From an uncultured Gammaproteobacteria bacterium (GTDB lineage Bacteria; Pseudomonadota; Gammaproteobacteria; SZUA-229): 46,512 nucleotides of DNA. Position 1 is the stretch's first letter. Each line of letters starts with the position of its first letter. Below are positions 25,727 to 37,069 of the stretch, in pieces. Below the pieces are notes generated by a model. The model was not told the DNA's origin and ran no database searches. It was given only the letters and a program-made list of their open reading frames with translations. The stretch spans positions 1-46,512 of the forward strand of contig CBDULX010000001.1 of assembly GCA_965368175.1 (NCBI GenBank), given 5' to 3'. The position numbers and the translations under genes are program-made.

Positions 25727-26275
25727 ATGGCTCAAGTTGATAATGAAAACCTGATCTGGATTGACCTGGAAATGACCGGTCTGGAACCGCAGAAAGATGT
25801 GATAATTGAAATCGCCACCATCGTTACCGATAAAAACCTGAATATTATTGCTGAAGGACCGGTGATTGCCATTCACCAGAGTGATGAGATCCTCAACGGA
25901 ATGGATGAATGGTGTACCAGCCAGCATGGCAAATCAGGTTTAACCCAGCGAGTGAAAGACAGTAAATTCACTGAAGCCGATGCGGAAAAAAAGACGATTG
26001 CTTTCCTGGAGCAGTATGTACCTAAAGGCAAATCACCGATGTGTGGCAACAGCATCTGTCAGGATCGTCGATTTATGGCCAATTACATGCTGGAGCTGGA
26101 AGAATTCTTCCATTATCGCAACCTGGATGTCAGCACCATCAAAGAACTGGCTGCACGCTGGGCACCCGAAGTGTATAAAGGCTTTAACAAGGAGTCGGCC
26201 CACCTGGCCATGGAAGACATCAAGGATTCAATCGCCGAACTGGTGTATTACCGTGAGCATGCGCTTAAAATCTAA
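25727..26275 (+). CDS. orn: oligoribonuclease
   Basis: 182 aa. DEDDh exonuclease motifs [18 protein letters not shown] and [10 protein letters not shown]. Confidence 0.95.
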   Translation: MAQVDNENLIWIDLEMTGLEPQKDVIIEIATIVTDKNLNIIAEGPVIAIHQSDEILNGMDEWCTSQHGKSGLTQRVKDSKFTEADAEKKTIAFLEQYVPKGKSPMCGNSICQDRRFMANYMLELEEFFHYRNLDVSTIKELAARWAPEVYKGFNKESAHLAMEDIKDSIAELVYYREHALKI

Positions 26276-26287
26276 AAAAGAAAGTTG

Positions 26288-26345
26288 ATGGTTAATCGTT
26301 GGTTGTTTATGGTTAAAACCATCAACCACAAACCATTAACAACGA
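26288..26345. terminator. AT-rich hairpin repeat (ATGGTTAA family) between convergent orn and the rhodanese gene
   Basis: ATGGTTAATCGTTGGTTGTTTATGGTTAAAACCATCAACCACAAACCATTAACAACGA. The stem is centred on TTTATGGTT-AA-AACCATCAA. A related copy lies at 44069-44123. Confidence 0.45.
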
Positions 26346-26348
26346 GGT

Positions 26349-27164
26349 CTAAGCCTCGATTGGCGTATCCGGTCGATTACCCCATTCCGACCAGGAACCT
26401 GGGTAGCCTCTGACCCGTTCATAACCCAGGTGTTTTAGCATTACATAAGACAATGCCGAGCGATGGTGAGTCTGGCAGTAGACAATGATTTCCTTGTCCG
26501 GGGTGAAACCCATTCCTGTAAGTGTGGCTTTCAACTTGTCAGCCGGCAGCAGTCTGTAATTTCTAGATCGATCCATGGCGTCGGTCCATTCATAACGGAT
26601 AGCGCCGGGTATGTGGCCGCCACGTTCGGCATATTTTCTGGTGCCATCAAATTCCTGCTGACTGCGGGCATCCAGTAACACAATATCCCTGTTTTCCAGG
26701 TTTTTCAGTATGTAATCGGTATCGGCCACAACATTCATATTTCGGTAACTGGCGGTGAAACTCTGATGAGTTGTATGCGTGGGTTCCGCTTCAAGAGGGT
26801 GGCCCTCATTGGCCCAGCTGATCAGGCCGCCGTTTAGTAACGAAGTGTTCAGGTGACCCATGGCATGCAGGGTCCAGATCAGGCGGGCAGCCTTGCCACC
26901 TCCCTCCTCATCATAAGCAACTACATGGGTGTTTTCGGATAATCCAAGGCTTCCCAGTATATGGCTGATGCGTTCAACATCGGGCAACAGGCCCATGGTG
27001 GGCTGGCTGATGGCAGTGATGTAGGTGTAGTCCAGAAATACCGCACCGGGTATATGAGCCTGCAAATACTGGGAATGTTTTGTGAGATCGATGATCAGCA
27101 GACTGTCGTCACTCAGATGTTGTTCGAGTTCATCGGGTTCGATGATTAATGCAAATTCTGCCAT
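26349..27164 (-). CDS. two-domain rhodanese sulfurtransferase
   Basis: 271 aa. Tandem rhodanese architecture, with the active-site loop CQTHHRS in the C-terminal domain. Confidence 0.8.
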   Translation of the reverse strand: MAEFALIIEPDELEQHLSDDSLLIIDLTKHSQYLQAHIPGAVFLDYTYITAISQPTMGLLPDVERISHILGSLGLSENTHVVAYDEEGGGKAARLIWTLHAMGHLNTSLLNGGLISWANEGHPLEAEPTHTTHQSFTASYRNMNVVADTDYILKNLENRDIVLLDARSQQEFDGTRKYAERGGHIPGAIRYEWTDAMDRSRNYRLLPADKLKATLTGMGFTPDKEIIVYCQTHHRSALSYVMLKHLGYERVRGYPGSWSEWGNRPDTPIEA

Positions 27165-27179
27165 GAGTATTCCTGGTAT

Positions 27180-28808
27180 TCATTCAATTAAATCCGGCTG
27201 CAACACGGTGTTAACAGGCGGCCTGGAGTTGTCTGTATCCGGATAATCCAAAGTGTAATGTAAGCCTCGACTCTCCTTTCTTTGCATGGCGCAGCGGATA
27301 ATCAGATCAGCTACCATTGCTAGATTACGAAGTTCGATCAGATCACTGGTGATTCGAAAATTGCCATAGTACTCATCAATTTCAGACAACAACAGATTAA
27401 CCCTGCGTTTTGCTCGTTGCAGTCGTTTGTCGGTTCTGACGATACCAACATAATCCCACATGAAGCGGCGCAACTCATCCCAGTTATGGGACACTACCAC
27501 TTCTTCGTCTGAGTCGGTGACTCGGCTTTCATCCCAGTCGTTGATCTGTTCCCATTGTGCCGGTAAGGCCATTTTCTGGTTAATATCTTTGGCTGCAGAC
27601 TGTGCAAATACCAGGCATTCCAGCAGCGAGTTGCTGGCCATACGATTAGCACCATGCAGGCCGGTAAAAGATGTTTCGCCAATGGCGTAAAGCTTATCTA
27701 TATTGGTGCGACCATTTAAGTCGGTGACCAGGCCGCCGCAGGTGTAATGGGCGGCAGGTACGACCGGAGCCGGCTGTTTAGTGATGTCTATGCCAAACTC
27801 CAGGCACTGAGCATATACGGTCGGGAAGTGGGATCGGATAAAGGCTGCCGGCTTGTGGCTAATATCCAGATACATGCAATCCGCACCCAGTCGTTTCATT
27901 TCATGGTCAATGGCGCGGGCCACAATGTCACGGGGTGCCAGCTCGGCTCGTTTGTCGAATCGGTCCATGAATCTTTTGCCATTGGGCAGTTTCAACAGGC
28001 CGCCCTCACCACGCATGGCTTCGGTGAGCAGGAATGATTTGGCTTCCGGGTGAAACAGGCAGGTGGGATGGAACTGCATGAATTCCATATTCGCCACATT
28101 ACAGCCAGCTCGCCAGCCCATTGCTATACCATCTCCGGTGGATCCATCAGGGTTGCTGGTATACAGATACACTTTACTGGCACCGCCAGTAGCCAATACA
28201 ACAAACCGGGCCTGGAAGGTTTCCACACGATCTTTCTTTCTGTCCAGTACATAGGCGCCCACGCAGCGATTGTGATCCAGACCCAGCTTATCACCGGTAA
28301 TCAGGTCTATTGCAATGTGATGAGGAAACAGCTCGATATTGGGTGTATGTTGAACGTGGTTGAGTAAGGTGGTTTCCAGGGCCTGGCCGGTAGCATCGGC
28401 AGCGTGGATAACACGGCGGTGGCTATGGCCACCTTCACGGGTCAGGTGAAAATGGCGACTGCCGTTCTGGTGCTGGTCGGTGGTAAAGGGTACACCGAGA
28501 TCCGCCAGCCAGTCGATGATTTCCGGGCCATGTTCGATGGTAAAACGCACTGCCTGTTCGTTACAAAGCCCACCGCCGGCATTCAGGGTGTCGGTAATAT
28601 GGGATTCAAATGAGTCCTCTTTGCGTAATACCGCCGAAATTCCACCCTGGGCGTAATAGGTGCTAGTGGAACTTTCCCGGTCTTTGGCAATCACAGCTAC
28701 TTTGGTGTGGCGTGCCAGAAGCAGCGCCAGGCTCAATCCTGCGGCACCACTGCCAATAATAAGAACATCGTGGCGATATGATTGTCTATTGTCAGTAACT
28801 TTGGACAT
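27180..28808 (-). CDS. nadB: L-aspartate oxidase
   Basis: 542 aa. FAD-binding motif [16 protein letters not shown]. It is flavoprotein-family throughout and divergent from rpoE, as in E. coli. Confidence 0.95.
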   Translation of the reverse strand: MSKVTDNRQSYRHDVLIIGSGAAGLSLALLLARHTKVAVIAKDRESSTSTYYAQGGISAVLRKEDSFESHITDTLNAGGGLCNEQAVRFTIEHGPEIIDWLADLGVPFTTDQHQNGSRHFHLTREGGHSHRRVIHAADATGQALETTLLNHVQHTPNIELFPHHIAIDLITGDKLGLDHNRCVGAYVLDRKKDRVETFQARFVVLATGGASKVYLYTSNPDGSTGDGIAMGWRAGCNVANMEFMQFHPTCLFHPEAKSFLLTEAMRGEGGLLKLPNGKRFMDRFDKRAELAPRDIVARAIDHEMKRLGADCMYLDISHKPAAFIRSHFPTVYAQCLEFGIDITKQPAPVVPAAHYTCGGLVTDLNGRTNIDKLYAIGETSFTGLHGANRMASNSLLECLVFAQSAAKDINQKMALPAQWEQINDWDESRVTDSDEEVVVSHNWDELRRFMWDYVGIVRTDKRLQRAKRRVNLLLSEIDEYYGNFRITSDLIELRNLAMVADLIIRCAMQRKESRGLHYTLDYPDTDNSRPPVNTVLQPDLIE

Positions 28809-28970
28809 ATTAAAGGATAGGTCTTTATGTCAGTATATGAATCAGGTATGGTTCTGCCTTTTGTGGACGATATTACACCAGATCGCGCCATTAAAGCGAA
28901 ACGAACTATTGTAGGCCAGGTGAGTCAGAATAAACAGGCAAAGGATGTGCCGTCCGGAGGGCAGCCCCGA

Positions 28971-29552
28971 ATGGGCGAGCGTGAAATTGATCAGGCGCTG
29001 GTAGAGCGTGTACAACAAGGGGACAAACGAGCATTTGATATGCTGGTGCTGAAATATCAGCATCGGATTATCAAATTAATTGCTCGTTTTATCCGTAATT
29101 CTGATGATGTACAGGATGTTGCCCAGGAAGCTTTTATCAAGGCTTATCGGGCATTGAAAAACTTTCGTGGCGACAGTGCGTTTTATACCTGGCTCTATCG
29201 AATTGCCATCAATACCGCCAAGAATCACCTGGTGTCGAACAAACGCAAAGTTACTGAGTCCGCGGTGGATGCTGCCGAAGCCGAGCAATATGAAGGTGCC
29301 GACTGGTTGAAAGAATATGCCACCCCTGAGAAGGAGCTTATGGCAAGTGAAATCAATACAGTGGTGCAGAATACTATTTCCGGCTTGCCGGATGACCTCA
29401 AGGAAGCAATTACACTCCGCGAACTGGAGGGTTTGAGTTATGAGGATATCGCCGAGGTAATGGACTGCCCTATAGGTACTGTGCGTTCCCGTATATTCCG
29501 GGCTCGTGAAGCAATTGATAAACAACTCAAGCCGTTGCTGGATTATGCATAA
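28971..29552 (+). CDS. rpoE: ECF sigma factor sigma-E (RpoE/AlgU)
   Basis: 193 aa from MGEREIDQALVERVQQGDKRAFDMLV, which parallels the E. coli RpoE N-terminus. The track start at 28827 adds 48 non-homologous codons. Confidence 0.93.
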   Translation: MGEREIDQALVERVQQGDKRAFDMLVLKYQHRIIKLIARFIRNSDDVQDVAQEAFIKAYRALKNFRGDSAFYTWLYRIAINTAKNHLVSNKRKVTESAVDAAEAEQYEGADWLKEYATPEKELMASEINTVVQNTISGLPDDLKEAITLRELEGLSYEDIAEVMDCPIGTVRSRIFRAREAIDKQLKPLLDYA

Positions 29553-29600
29553 GCTGGAGTCTGAGATGGTTATAGTCTATGGTTTTAATTGAGGTGAGTC

Positions 29601-30218
29601 ATGAAGCATAGAGACGAACAAATATCGGCATTTATGGATGATGCGCTGGATGGTCAGGAACTCAGGGATTTTATGCAGGATTTGAAACGCAGTCCGGTCA
29701 CAGATGCTGAGAAACTTCAGCGCTATCAAATCATACGAGATGTTTTAAAAGATGAACTGGATCCGAGTTCATTCATCGATATTTCTGCGGCTGTACATCG
29801 TGCAATAGAGCAGGATTCTGATTCAGTAACGCAATTGCTGCCAGCTAAATCAGCGTCCACTATTGATTTTTCCGCCTGGTTGCGCCCCCTTTCCGGCCTT
29901 GCCATTGCAGCTTCTGTGGCTATGGTCACTGTGCTGACTGTACGGGTAGTGAGTAATGATTCTACTGAAATAGTGCAGCCACTGGTGGCTGAGTCCCAGA
30001 TCAAACTGCCGGATCAACCTGTCATTCCTGTAAATAATAACCTGTTACAGCATATTCATGTTGTTTCAACTGCGGACCTGGAAAAAGAAAACCTTCTCCG
30101 TGAGCAGCAGTTACGAGAGTACATGATGAATCACTCAGAGTATGCCGGACAAACTACAATTCAGGGTATGATGCCCTATGCACGAGTTGTGAGCTTTAAT
30201 CCACAAGCCAAAAAATAA
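29601..30218 (+). CDS. rseA: anti-sigma-E factor RseA/MucA
   Basis: 205 aa. N-terminal ISAFMDDALDG, one central TM segment (LSGLAIAASVAMVTVLTV), and its position after rpoE. Confidence 0.85.
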   Translation: MKHRDEQISAFMDDALDGQELRDFMQDLKRSPVTDAEKLQRYQIIRDVLKDELDPSSFIDISAAVHRAIEQDSDSVTQLLPAKSASTIDFSAWLRPLSGLAIAASVAMVTVLTVRVVSNDSTEIVQPLVAESQIKLPDQPVIPVNNNLLQHIHVVSTADLEKENLLREQQLREYMMNHSEYAGQTTIQGMMPYARVVSFNPQAKK

Positions 30219-30219
30219 T

Positions 30220-31161
30220 ATGCGGATTTTGATACTGTGTCTGATATTCACTCCTTTTGTCAGTCATGCGGAGGAGGTGGAATCATGGTTGGACAAAATG
30301 AGCCAGGCCATGAAAACCACCAATTTCGAAGGTACCATGATTATTCGCCAGGCAGATCAGTTACAGGCTCTTAATGTGCGCCACGGCATGAATCAGGAAG
30401 GGTTCTGGGAGCGAATGGAGTCGTTGAATGGAGAAGCCCGGGAGATCATTCGTCACAATTCCAAAGTTACGACTATTTTCCCTCAACGTAAGCTGGTGAC
30501 TGTGAGTCATGAATCAGAACCCATGTCATTACACAGTCGTTTGCCCTCCAATATGGAGCTATTCAAAAAACTTTATGCTGTGAAAGCCACAGGATTTGAT
30601 CGGGTAGCCGGCCGTCACGCACGTATTCTGGAGCTGCAGCCGCTGGACAATTTCCGCTATGGCTACAAATTCTGGCTGGAAAAAGAATCCGGTTTATTAC
30701 TGAAATGTGATTTACTGGATGAACAGAAACAGGTTGTAGAGCAGTTGATGTTCAGTGAGCTTAATATCCTGGAACAGCTGCCGGAGAATATTGACAGGAT
30801 TCCCAGTGAAGTGAGCACCTACAAGGTGGTTGATCTTGATATGGGCAAGATCAATCAGGTCAAAAGTTCCTGGGTGGCCAGTCAGTTGCCGCAGGGATTT
30901 TCTATGACGGGTAATAATATCCGTCCCAGTGTTACAGGTAAGGGCATACGTCATCATATAATGTTTAGTGATGGCATGGCTTCGGTCTCAGTATTTATTG
31001 AAAAACATCATCCAGATGAAATTATGCTGAAGGGTGTTTCTCGAATGGGGGCACTGAATGCCTACAGTTTTCATCTCAACGATGATCATATAACGGTGAT
31101 TGGTGAAGTCCCGGTGGCTACGGTTCGCCTCATTGGGCAGTCAATACAGGAACAGCCATGA
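30220..31161 (+). CDS. rseB: sigma-E regulatory protein RseB/MucB
   Basis: 313 aa. Has a signal peptide and the conserved rpoE-rseA-rseB order. Starts 1 nt after the rseA stop codon. Confidence 0.85.
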   Translation: MRILILCLIFTPFVSHAEEVESWLDKMSQAMKTTNFEGTMIIRQADQLQALNVRHGMNQEGFWERMESLNGEAREIIRHNSKVTTIFPQRKLVTVSHESEPMSLHSRLPSNMELFKKLYAVKATGFDRVAGRHARILELQPLDNFRYGYKFWLEKESGLLLKCDLLDEQKQVVEQLMFSELNILEQLPENIDRIPSEVSTYKVVDLDMGKINQVKSSWVASQLPQGFSMTGNNIRPSVTGKGIRHHIMFSDGMASVSVFIEKHHPDEIMLKGVSRMGALNAYSFHLNDDHITVIGEVPVATVRLIGQSIQEQP

Positions 31162-31640
31162 TTGAAGAAACCGCAACAGTGGTAGCTGTGGAAGGGGAAT
31201 ATGCCCTGTTGCAGACCCAGCGTCAGTCTGCTTGCCAGAGCTGTTCTGTAAAAGCCGGTTGTGGTACTTCGGTAGTATCTCAGGTGGTAGGTCAACGCAG
31301 CAGTCAGCTTAAAGTGGAAAATACACTGGATGTGAAAGTAGGAGACGAACTGGTTATTGGATTGCTGGAAAATTCACTGGTCAAGGGCTCCTTACTGATT
31401 TACGCACTGCCAATCCTGTTGATGCTCAGTGCAGGTTTACTGGGTGATTATCTGGCACAAAATTATCACTACAATCGGGATTTACTGGGAGCAGGTTTTG
31501 CCTTGACAGGGTTCATCCTGTCTTTACCTCTGGTCAGATGGGGGATCAATCGTACTGCTTTGAAACAGCAGATGCAGCCTCATATGATCCGCAAAACTCA
31601 CACTCTGACAGGGGCACGTGATACTATGCTGGCACCCTGA
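31158..31640 (+). CDS. rseC: RseC/MucC-family protein
   Basis: 160 aa. N-terminal CQSCSVKAGCG cysteine cluster plus two TM segments. Overlaps the rseB stop by 4 nt. Confidence 0.8.
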   Translation: MIEETATVVAVEGEYALLQTQRQSACQSCSVKAGCGTSVVSQVVGQRSSQLKVENTLDVKVGDELVIGLLENSLVKGSLLIYALPILLMLSAGLLGDYLAQNYHYNRDLLGAGFALTGFILSLPLVRWGINRTALKQQMQPHMIRKTHTLTGARDTMLAP

Positions 31641-31677
31641 GTGTTCAATATTCATATTAAGTAAGTGGGAGCATTTC

Positions 31678-33084
31678 ATGCAGTTTGCTATTTTTCGATG
31701 GTCTGGTTTATTTATTTTTTCAATGCTGCTGGCGTTTGATCTGTCAGCCCGTGAATTACCTGACTTCGTCAAACTGGTTGAAGATAACAGCCCGGCTGTA
31801 GTCAACATAAGCACCACTCACAAAGTTAATGTCAATGGCTACCATCCCTGGGGTAAGCTGGATATTCCTGAAAACTCGCCTTTCGGTGAATTTTTCCGAC
31901 ATTTTTTTGGCGAAGATGGTATGCCTCAACCTGAAGAAGATGCCACTTCACTGGGCTCTGGTTTTATCATGTCTCAGGATGGGTTTGTGATTACCAACCA
32001 TCATGTTATTGAAGGTGCTGATGAGATTATTGTACGCCTCAGTGATAAACGCGAACTTAAAGCCAAACTTATAGGTAGTGACAAATACACTGATATCGCT
32101 TTGTTGAAAATTGATGGTGAGAATCTCCCCGTTGTTGAAATCGGCCGTTCCGATGAAATAAAAGTGGGTGCCTGGGTACTGGCCATAGGTTCACCTTTTG
32201 GTTTTGATCATTCGGTTACTGCCGGTATCGTAAGCGCTAAAGGTCGCAGCCTGCCCAAGGCTAATTATGTCCCTTTTATTCAAACCGATGTGGCGATCAA
32301 TCCAGGTAATTCTGGGGGGCCATTATTCGATCTGGATGGCAAAGTGATTGGTATTAACTCACAGATATACAGCCGCACGGGTGGTTTTATGGGACTGTCA
32401 TTTGCCATTCCCATCGAAGTTGCAATGCGTGTGGTTGATCAGATCAAAGATAAGGGTGAAGTCACCCGGGGCTGGTTGGGTGTGTATATTCAGGAAGTGA
32501 CACCGGAACTGGCTGAATCTTTTGGGCTGGATCGCCCTATGGGTGCTCTGGTTTCCCAGGTTATCGAGAATAGCCCGGCTGAAAAGTATGGCATTAAGGC
32601 CGGTGATGTGATCATCAGCTTCAATGGCAAACCGATTAAAGACTCTGCCAATTTGCCATACATGGTTGGTCAGGTGCCCCTGGGTTCTAAAGCCAAAGTG
32701 AAAGTGCTGAGAGACAAACGCCACAAAACACTGGAAGTGGTGATTGAGCAGTTACCTGAGGATGATGAAAGCAGGCCTTCACCCCATAAACCACAGTCAC
32801 AGGGTAATCGTATAGGAATGGAGATTGCCGAGCTTGGCGATGTGGATCAGAAGAAACTTGGGCACGGCGTGCAGGTGGTCAAGGTGTTCCCCAATACTGA
32901 TGCCTACAAAGCTGGTATTCGAAATGGCGATATTATTCTTGAAATCGATCGTAAAAAAGTCGAAAACCTGAAAGATTTTCGTAAAAAAGTTGCCAATTTG
33001 CCAACAGGAAGTATGATTCCGGTTCTGGTTCATCGGCAAGGTGCTAACAAGTTCCTGGTATTGAAATTATCTGAAGAAAAGTGA
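31678..33084 (+). CDS. periplasmic HtrA-family serine endoprotease (DegP/DegQ/MucD type) with two PDZ domains
   Basis: The start at MQFAIFRWSGLFIFSMLLAF gives a signal peptide. Catalytic triad context is HVIEGA, TDIALLK and GNSGGPL. The track start at 31618 overlaps rseC and is rejected. Confidence 0.9.
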   Translation: MQFAIFRWSGLFIFSMLLAFDLSARELPDFVKLVEDNSPAVVNISTTHKVNVNGYHPWGKLDIPENSPFGEFFRHFFGEDGMPQPEEDATSLGSGFIMSQDGFVITNHHVIEGADEIIVRLSDKRELKAKLIGSDKYTDIALLKIDGENLPVVEIGRSDEIKVGAWVLAIGSPFGFDHSVTAGIVSAKGRSLPKANYVPFIQTDVAINPGNSGGPLFDLDGKVIGINSQIYSRTGGFMGLSFAIPIEVAMRVVDQIKDKGEVTRGWLGVYIQEVTPELAESFGLDRPMGALVSQVIENSPAEKYGIKAGDVIISFNGKPIKDSANLPYMVGQVPLGSKAKVKVLRDKRHKTLEVVIEQLPEDDESRPSPHKPQSQGNRIGMEIAELGDVDQKKLGHGVQVVKVFPNTDAYKAGIRNGDIILEIDRKKVENLKDFRKKVANLPTGSMIPVLVHRQGANKFLVLKLSEEK

Positions 33085-33102
33085 GAGCACCCAGACGATC
33101 TA

Positions 33103-33351
33103 ATGTCGGCCAATTTTACGGTATATGTCCGCTACGGCTGTCATTTGTGTGAAGATCTGTTGCAGCAGTTATCATCCTTGCAACAGCAATACTCTTTTGC
33201 CTATACCCTGGTAGACGTCGATACCGACCCGACACTCCAGGACATCTATGGCCACCTGGTGCCAGTAGTAATCCTGGGTGAAAAGCAAATATGCCATTAT
33301 TTTTTAGATCAGGCTGCCCTGTTGCAGGCTGTGGAAAGTATTAACAATTGA
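33103..33351 (+). CDS. glutaredoxin-like small protein (CxxC)
   Basis: 82 aa. The pattern [13 protein letters not shown] fits the thioredoxin fold. Its stop overlaps the lepA ATG by 1 nt. Confidence 0.6.
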   Translation: MSANFTVYVRYGCHLCEDLLQQLSSLQQQYSFAYTLVDVDTDPTLQDIYGHLVPVVILGEKQICHYFLDQAALLQAVESINN

Positions 33352-35150
33352 TGCAGAATATTCGTAATTTTTCTATTATCGCCCATATAGACCATGGTAA
33401 ATCAACTTTGGCAGACCGTTTTATTCAGGTGTGTGGTGGACTCAGTGCGCGTGAGATGGGGGCACAGGCACAGGTCCTGGATTCTATGGAACTGGAGCGT
33501 GAACGCGGTATTACCATCAAGGCCCAGAGCGTATCACTGGATTACAAAGCCCGGAATGGCGAGACCTACCAGTTAAATTTTATCGATACCCCCGGTCATG
33601 TCGATTTCTCCTATGAAGTTTCCCGTTCCCTGGAGGCCTGTGAAGGTGCTTTGCTGGTGGTGGATGCCTCACAGGGTGTTGAAGCGCAGAGTGTGGCCAA
33701 CTGCTATACCGCCATTGATCTGGGCCTTGAAGTACTGCCGGTCCTGAATAAAATAGATTTACCGGCGGCTGATCCGGGGCGGGTAAAGAAGGAAATTGAA
33801 GATATTATCGGTATTGAAGCCACCCATGCCTGTGAAGTCAGCGCCAAATCTGGTTTAGGTGTTGAGGATTTGTTAGAGCAGCTGGTGACCCATATCCCGG
33901 CACCGCAAGGAGATCCAGACGCGCCTCTGCAGGCATTGATTGTGGATTCCTGGTTTGATCCCTATGTTGGGGTTATTATTCTGGTACGAATTAAAAATGG
34001 CAAGATTCGTAAGGGTAATAAAATGCAGGTCATGTCAACCGGCCGCAGCTATTTTGTGGATCATGTCGGTGTATTTACCCCAAAACGGACAAATACAGAA
34101 GTTCTGTCTGCAGGCCAGGTCGGGTTTATAATTGCCGGCATGAAGGAAATCGATTCTGCCAAGGTGGGGGATACTCTAACTTTGGTTGATCGGCCGACTG
34201 AGAAGGCATTGCCCGGTTTTAAAGAAGTTCAGCCACGGGTATTTGCCGGTATGTTCCCGGTGGAAGCCGATGATTATGATAATTTCCGTGAAGCGCTGGA
34301 TAAACTCACCTTGAACGATTCTGCGCTAAAATACGAACCAGAAACATCCTCAGCACTGGGTTTTGGTTTTCGCATCGGATTTCTGGGTATGTTGCACATG
34401 GAAATTGTGCAGGAGCGGCTGGAACGCGAATACGACTTATCCCTGATTACCACGGCACCTACGGTGGTATATGAATTGCTGACTACCAGAGGTGAGGTAT
34501 TACAGATTCATAACCCGGCGGATTTGCCTGAACCAAATTATATTGAAGAAATTCGCGAGCCGATTATTAACACACATATACTGCTGCCTCAGGAGTATGT
34601 GGGCAATGTTATCAGCCTGTGTGTAGAGAAGCGTGGTGTGCAGCGTAATATGCAATATATGGGCAGCCAGGTGGCGCTGACCTATGATATGCCACTATCA
34701 GAAGTGGTACTGGATTTCTTCGATCGATTGAAATCGGTGAGTCGAGGTTATGCCTCCTTCGATTATGCATTTAAATGTTTCCAGGCGGCAGATCTGGTGA
34801 AAGTGGATATACTCATCAACAGTGAGAAGGTTGATGCTCTGTCGATGATCACTCACAATGAGCAATCACAACGCAGAGGACGTGAAGTGACTGAGAAAAT
34901 GCGTGAACTGATTCCAAGGCAGATGTTTGATATTGCTATCCAGGCAGCTATTGGTCGTCATATTATTTCCCGTACTACAGTCAAGGCCTTACGTAAAAAT
35001 GTGACCGCAAAATGTTATGGTGGTGATGTATCTCGTAAGAAAAAACTGCTGGAAAAACAGAAGGCAGGTAAAAAACGCATGAAACAGTTCGGTAAGGTCG
35101 AAATTCCTCAGGATGCCTTTCTTGCTGTGCTGAAAGTAGACAACAAATAG
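33351..35150 (+). CDS. lepA: translation elongation factor 4
   Basis: [31 protein letters not shown] and NKIDL. 599 aa from the ATG at 33351. Confidence 0.97.
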   Translation: MQNIRNFSIIAHIDHGKSTLADRFIQVCGGLSAREMGAQAQVLDSMELERERGITIKAQSVSLDYKARNGETYQLNFIDTPGHVDFSYEVSRSLEACEGALLVVDASQGVEAQSVANCYTAIDLGLEVLPVLNKIDLPAADPGRVKKEIEDIIGIEATHACEVSAKSGLGVEDLLEQLVTHIPAPQGDPDAPLQALIVDSWFDPYVGVIILVRIKNGKIRKGNKMQVMSTGRSYFVDHVGVFTPKRTNTEVLSAGQVGFIIAGMKEIDSAKVGDTLTLVDRPTEKALPGFKEVQPRVFAGMFPVEADDYDNFREALDKLTLNDSALKYEPETSSALGFGFRIGFLGMLHMEIVQERLEREYDLSLITTAPTVVYELLTTRGEVLQIHNPADLPEPNYIEEIREPIINTHILLPQEYVGNVISLCVEKRGVQRNMQYMGSQVALTYDMPLSEVVLDFFDRLKSVSRGYASFDYAFKCFQAADLVKVDILINSEKVDALSMITHNEQSQRRGREVTEKMRELIPRQMFDIAIQAAIGRHIISRTTVKALRKNVTAKCYGGDVSRKKKLLEKQKAGKKRMKQFGKVEIPQDAFLAVLKVDNK

Positions 35151-35159
35151 AGAATAATA

Positions 35160-35951
35160 ATGACTTTTGATTTTGCTTTTTTCCTGTTTGCAGGCACAGT
35201 TCTGACCGGCATAATATGGGCGCTGGATAACTGGTTATGGGCACCTAAACGAAACAGCTCCAATCAGTACAGTGCACAATCTGGCACAGCTGCGGGCAGT
35301 GCAAAAGAGCCATTGATTGTCGAATATTCGAAGTCTTTTTTCCCGGTATTGTTAATCGTATTTCTGCTTCGAGGATTTCTGGTAGAGCCCTTCAGAATTC
35401 CATCAGGCTCCATGATACCCAGTTTGTACATAGGTGACTTTATTCTGGTGAATAAATTTTCCTATGGTATACGGCTACCTGTATTAAACAGCAAAATAAT
35501 TGAGATCGATAATCCAGAACGCGGCGATGTAGTAGTGTTTCGTTACCCCCGCGACCCCTCCATCGATTACATCAAACGGGTAATCGGTCTACCGGGTGAC
35601 CACATTGCATATTACAATAAAGTGCTCTATGTAAATGGTAAGCCAGTGAAACGTAAATTCGTTACACGCTATGCTGGGCCAGGTGAAGATCATCGAGCCA
35701 ATGAATACCTTGAAGACCTGCAAGGTATTGAACATAGTATGTTGCTATTACCAGGGCGATCCGGTATTGATGGGGAATGGATAGTACCCGAGGGACATTA
35801 TTTTATGATGGGTGATAATCGAGATAACAGTAATGATAGTCGTTTTTGGGGGGTAGTGCCCGATAAACTGCTGGTTGGTAAAGCGTTCATGATCTGGATG
35901 AACTGGAGTGATGGCATTGCCTGGGAACGTATTGGTAATACAATCAAATAA
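35160..35951 (+). CDS. lepB: signal peptidase I
   Basis: 263 aa. The catalytic Ser box is IPSGSMIPSL, followed by the Lys box YIKRVIGLPGD and then GDNRDNSNDSR. Confidence 0.95.
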   Translation: MTFDFAFFLFAGTVLTGIIWALDNWLWAPKRNSSNQYSAQSGTAAGSAKEPLIVEYSKSFFPVLLIVFLLRGFLVEPFRIPSGSMIPSLYIGDFILVNKFSYGIRLPVLNSKIIEIDNPERGDVVVFRYPRDPSIDYIKRVIGLPGDHIAYYNKVLYVNGKPVKRKFVTRYAGPGEDHRANEYLEDLQGIEHSMLLLPGRSGIDGEWIVPEGHYFMMGDNRDNSNDSRFWGVVPDKLLVGKAFMIWMNWSDGIAWERIGNTIK

Positions 35952-35969
35952 TTAGAGAGAGTGTTTGTA

Positions 35970-36356
35970 ATGATGAAAAAACAAAGCGGACTAACACTTA
36001 TTTCCTGGCTCATTATTATCAGTCTGGCGGGTATTCAGTTAGTGCTTGCTATGCGTATTTTCCCAGTATACCTGAGCTTTTCTACAGTCAAGTCCATCAT
36101 GAATGATGTGCAAACCAAGCAGGAGTTCAGGAGCAAAACACCCAGGGAAATTTTAGGTTATATTCATACAACATTAAATATAAATAGTATTTATGAATTG
36201 CAAAAGAATAAAAATGCTTTTAAATTCAAGAGAACTGGCGATGGTCTACAGTTAAATCTTCATTATGAAGAACGTGGCCCGATTCTCGGTAACCTGGATT
36301 TTGTTGCTACCTTTGAATATCAAATTATAATACCCGGAAGTACTAATTTTAATTAA
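35970..36356 (+). CDS. DUF4845-like small membrane-anchored protein
   Basis: The N-terminal TM anchor is MMKKQSGLTLISWLIIISLAGIQLVLA. The gene is in the conserved position between lepB and rnc. The track GTG start at 35961 is also possible. Confidence 0.6.
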   Translation: MMKKQSGLTLISWLIIISLAGIQLVLAMRIFPVYLSFSTVKSIMNDVQTKQEFRSKTPREILGYIHTTLNINSIYELQKNKNAFKFKRTGDGLQLNLHYEERGPILGNLDFVATFEYQIIIPGSTNFN

Positions 36357-37069
36357 TGAATGCCACAGTTATAGCAAGATTGGTTAAATTGCTTGAGTAT
36401 TCCTTTGAGGATCAACAACTGCTCAGGGAAGCGCTAACACACAGGAGTGCCAGTTCAAAAAATAATGAGCGACTGGAATTCCTGGGTGATAGCATACTGA
36501 ATTTTGTTATTGCGGCGGAGTTATTTCAGCAATACCCCGATTCACCGGAAGGTGACCTGAGCCGATTAAGGGCCAGTCTGGTAAAAAAGGAAGGTCTGGT
36601 ATTGATTGCTCATGATCTAAATCTGGGTGAATACCTCACACTGGGCAGCGGTGAAATGAAAAGTGGCGGTCACCGTCGTGATTCCATTCAGGCTGATGCC
36701 GTGGAGGCTATTTTTGGCGCGGTTTTTCTGGATGCCGGGTTTGACACTTGCCGGCAACTGATTCTCAGGCTTTATCAACAGCAACTGGATAATGCGCCGG
36801 ATCCGGCTACCCTTAAAGATCCCAAAACTCGTTTACAGGAACTGTTACAGGGGCGTAAATTATCTATACCGAACTACGAGGTTCTGGATGTTAGTGGTAA
36901 GTCTCATCAACAGACATTTCATGTTAACTGCACGATCGATGAGTTATCCCTCGTTACCGAAGCTAAAGCCTCGAGTCGCCGCAAGGCAGAACAGAAATCT
37001 GCTCTTAAGGCCATTGAAGAACTGGAAGCAATGTTCAATAAGTCAAAGGAACCACTGATCAAGTCGTGA
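36356..37069 (+). CDS. rnc: ribonuclease III
   Basis: 237 aa. RNase III signature NERLEFLGDSIL and a dsRBD at the C-terminus. The last 8 codons (KEPLIKS*) lie inside a MITE-like element. Confidence 0.95.
   Translation: MNATVIARLVKLLEYSFEDQQLLREALTHRSASSKNNERLEFLGDSILNFVIAAELFQQYPDSPEGDLSRLRASLVKKEGLVLIAHDLNLGEYLTLGSGEMKSGGHRRDSIQADAVEAIFGAVFLDAGFDTCRQLILRLYQQQLDNAPDPATLKDPKTRLQELLQGRKLSIPNYEVLDVSGKSHQQTFHVNCTIDELSLVTEAKASSRRKAEQKSALKAIEELEAMFNKSKEPLIKS

Noticed and set aside
28827-28970. 48-codon N-terminal extension of rpoE. Similar extensions occur for guaB (5505-5537) and the HtrA protease (31618-31677)
   Set aside because: The homologous N-termini (MGEREIDQALVERV..., [13 protein letters not shown]..., and the signal peptide MQFAIF...) begin at internal ATGs. 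The extensions have no homology-like character, and the HtrA one overlaps rseC.
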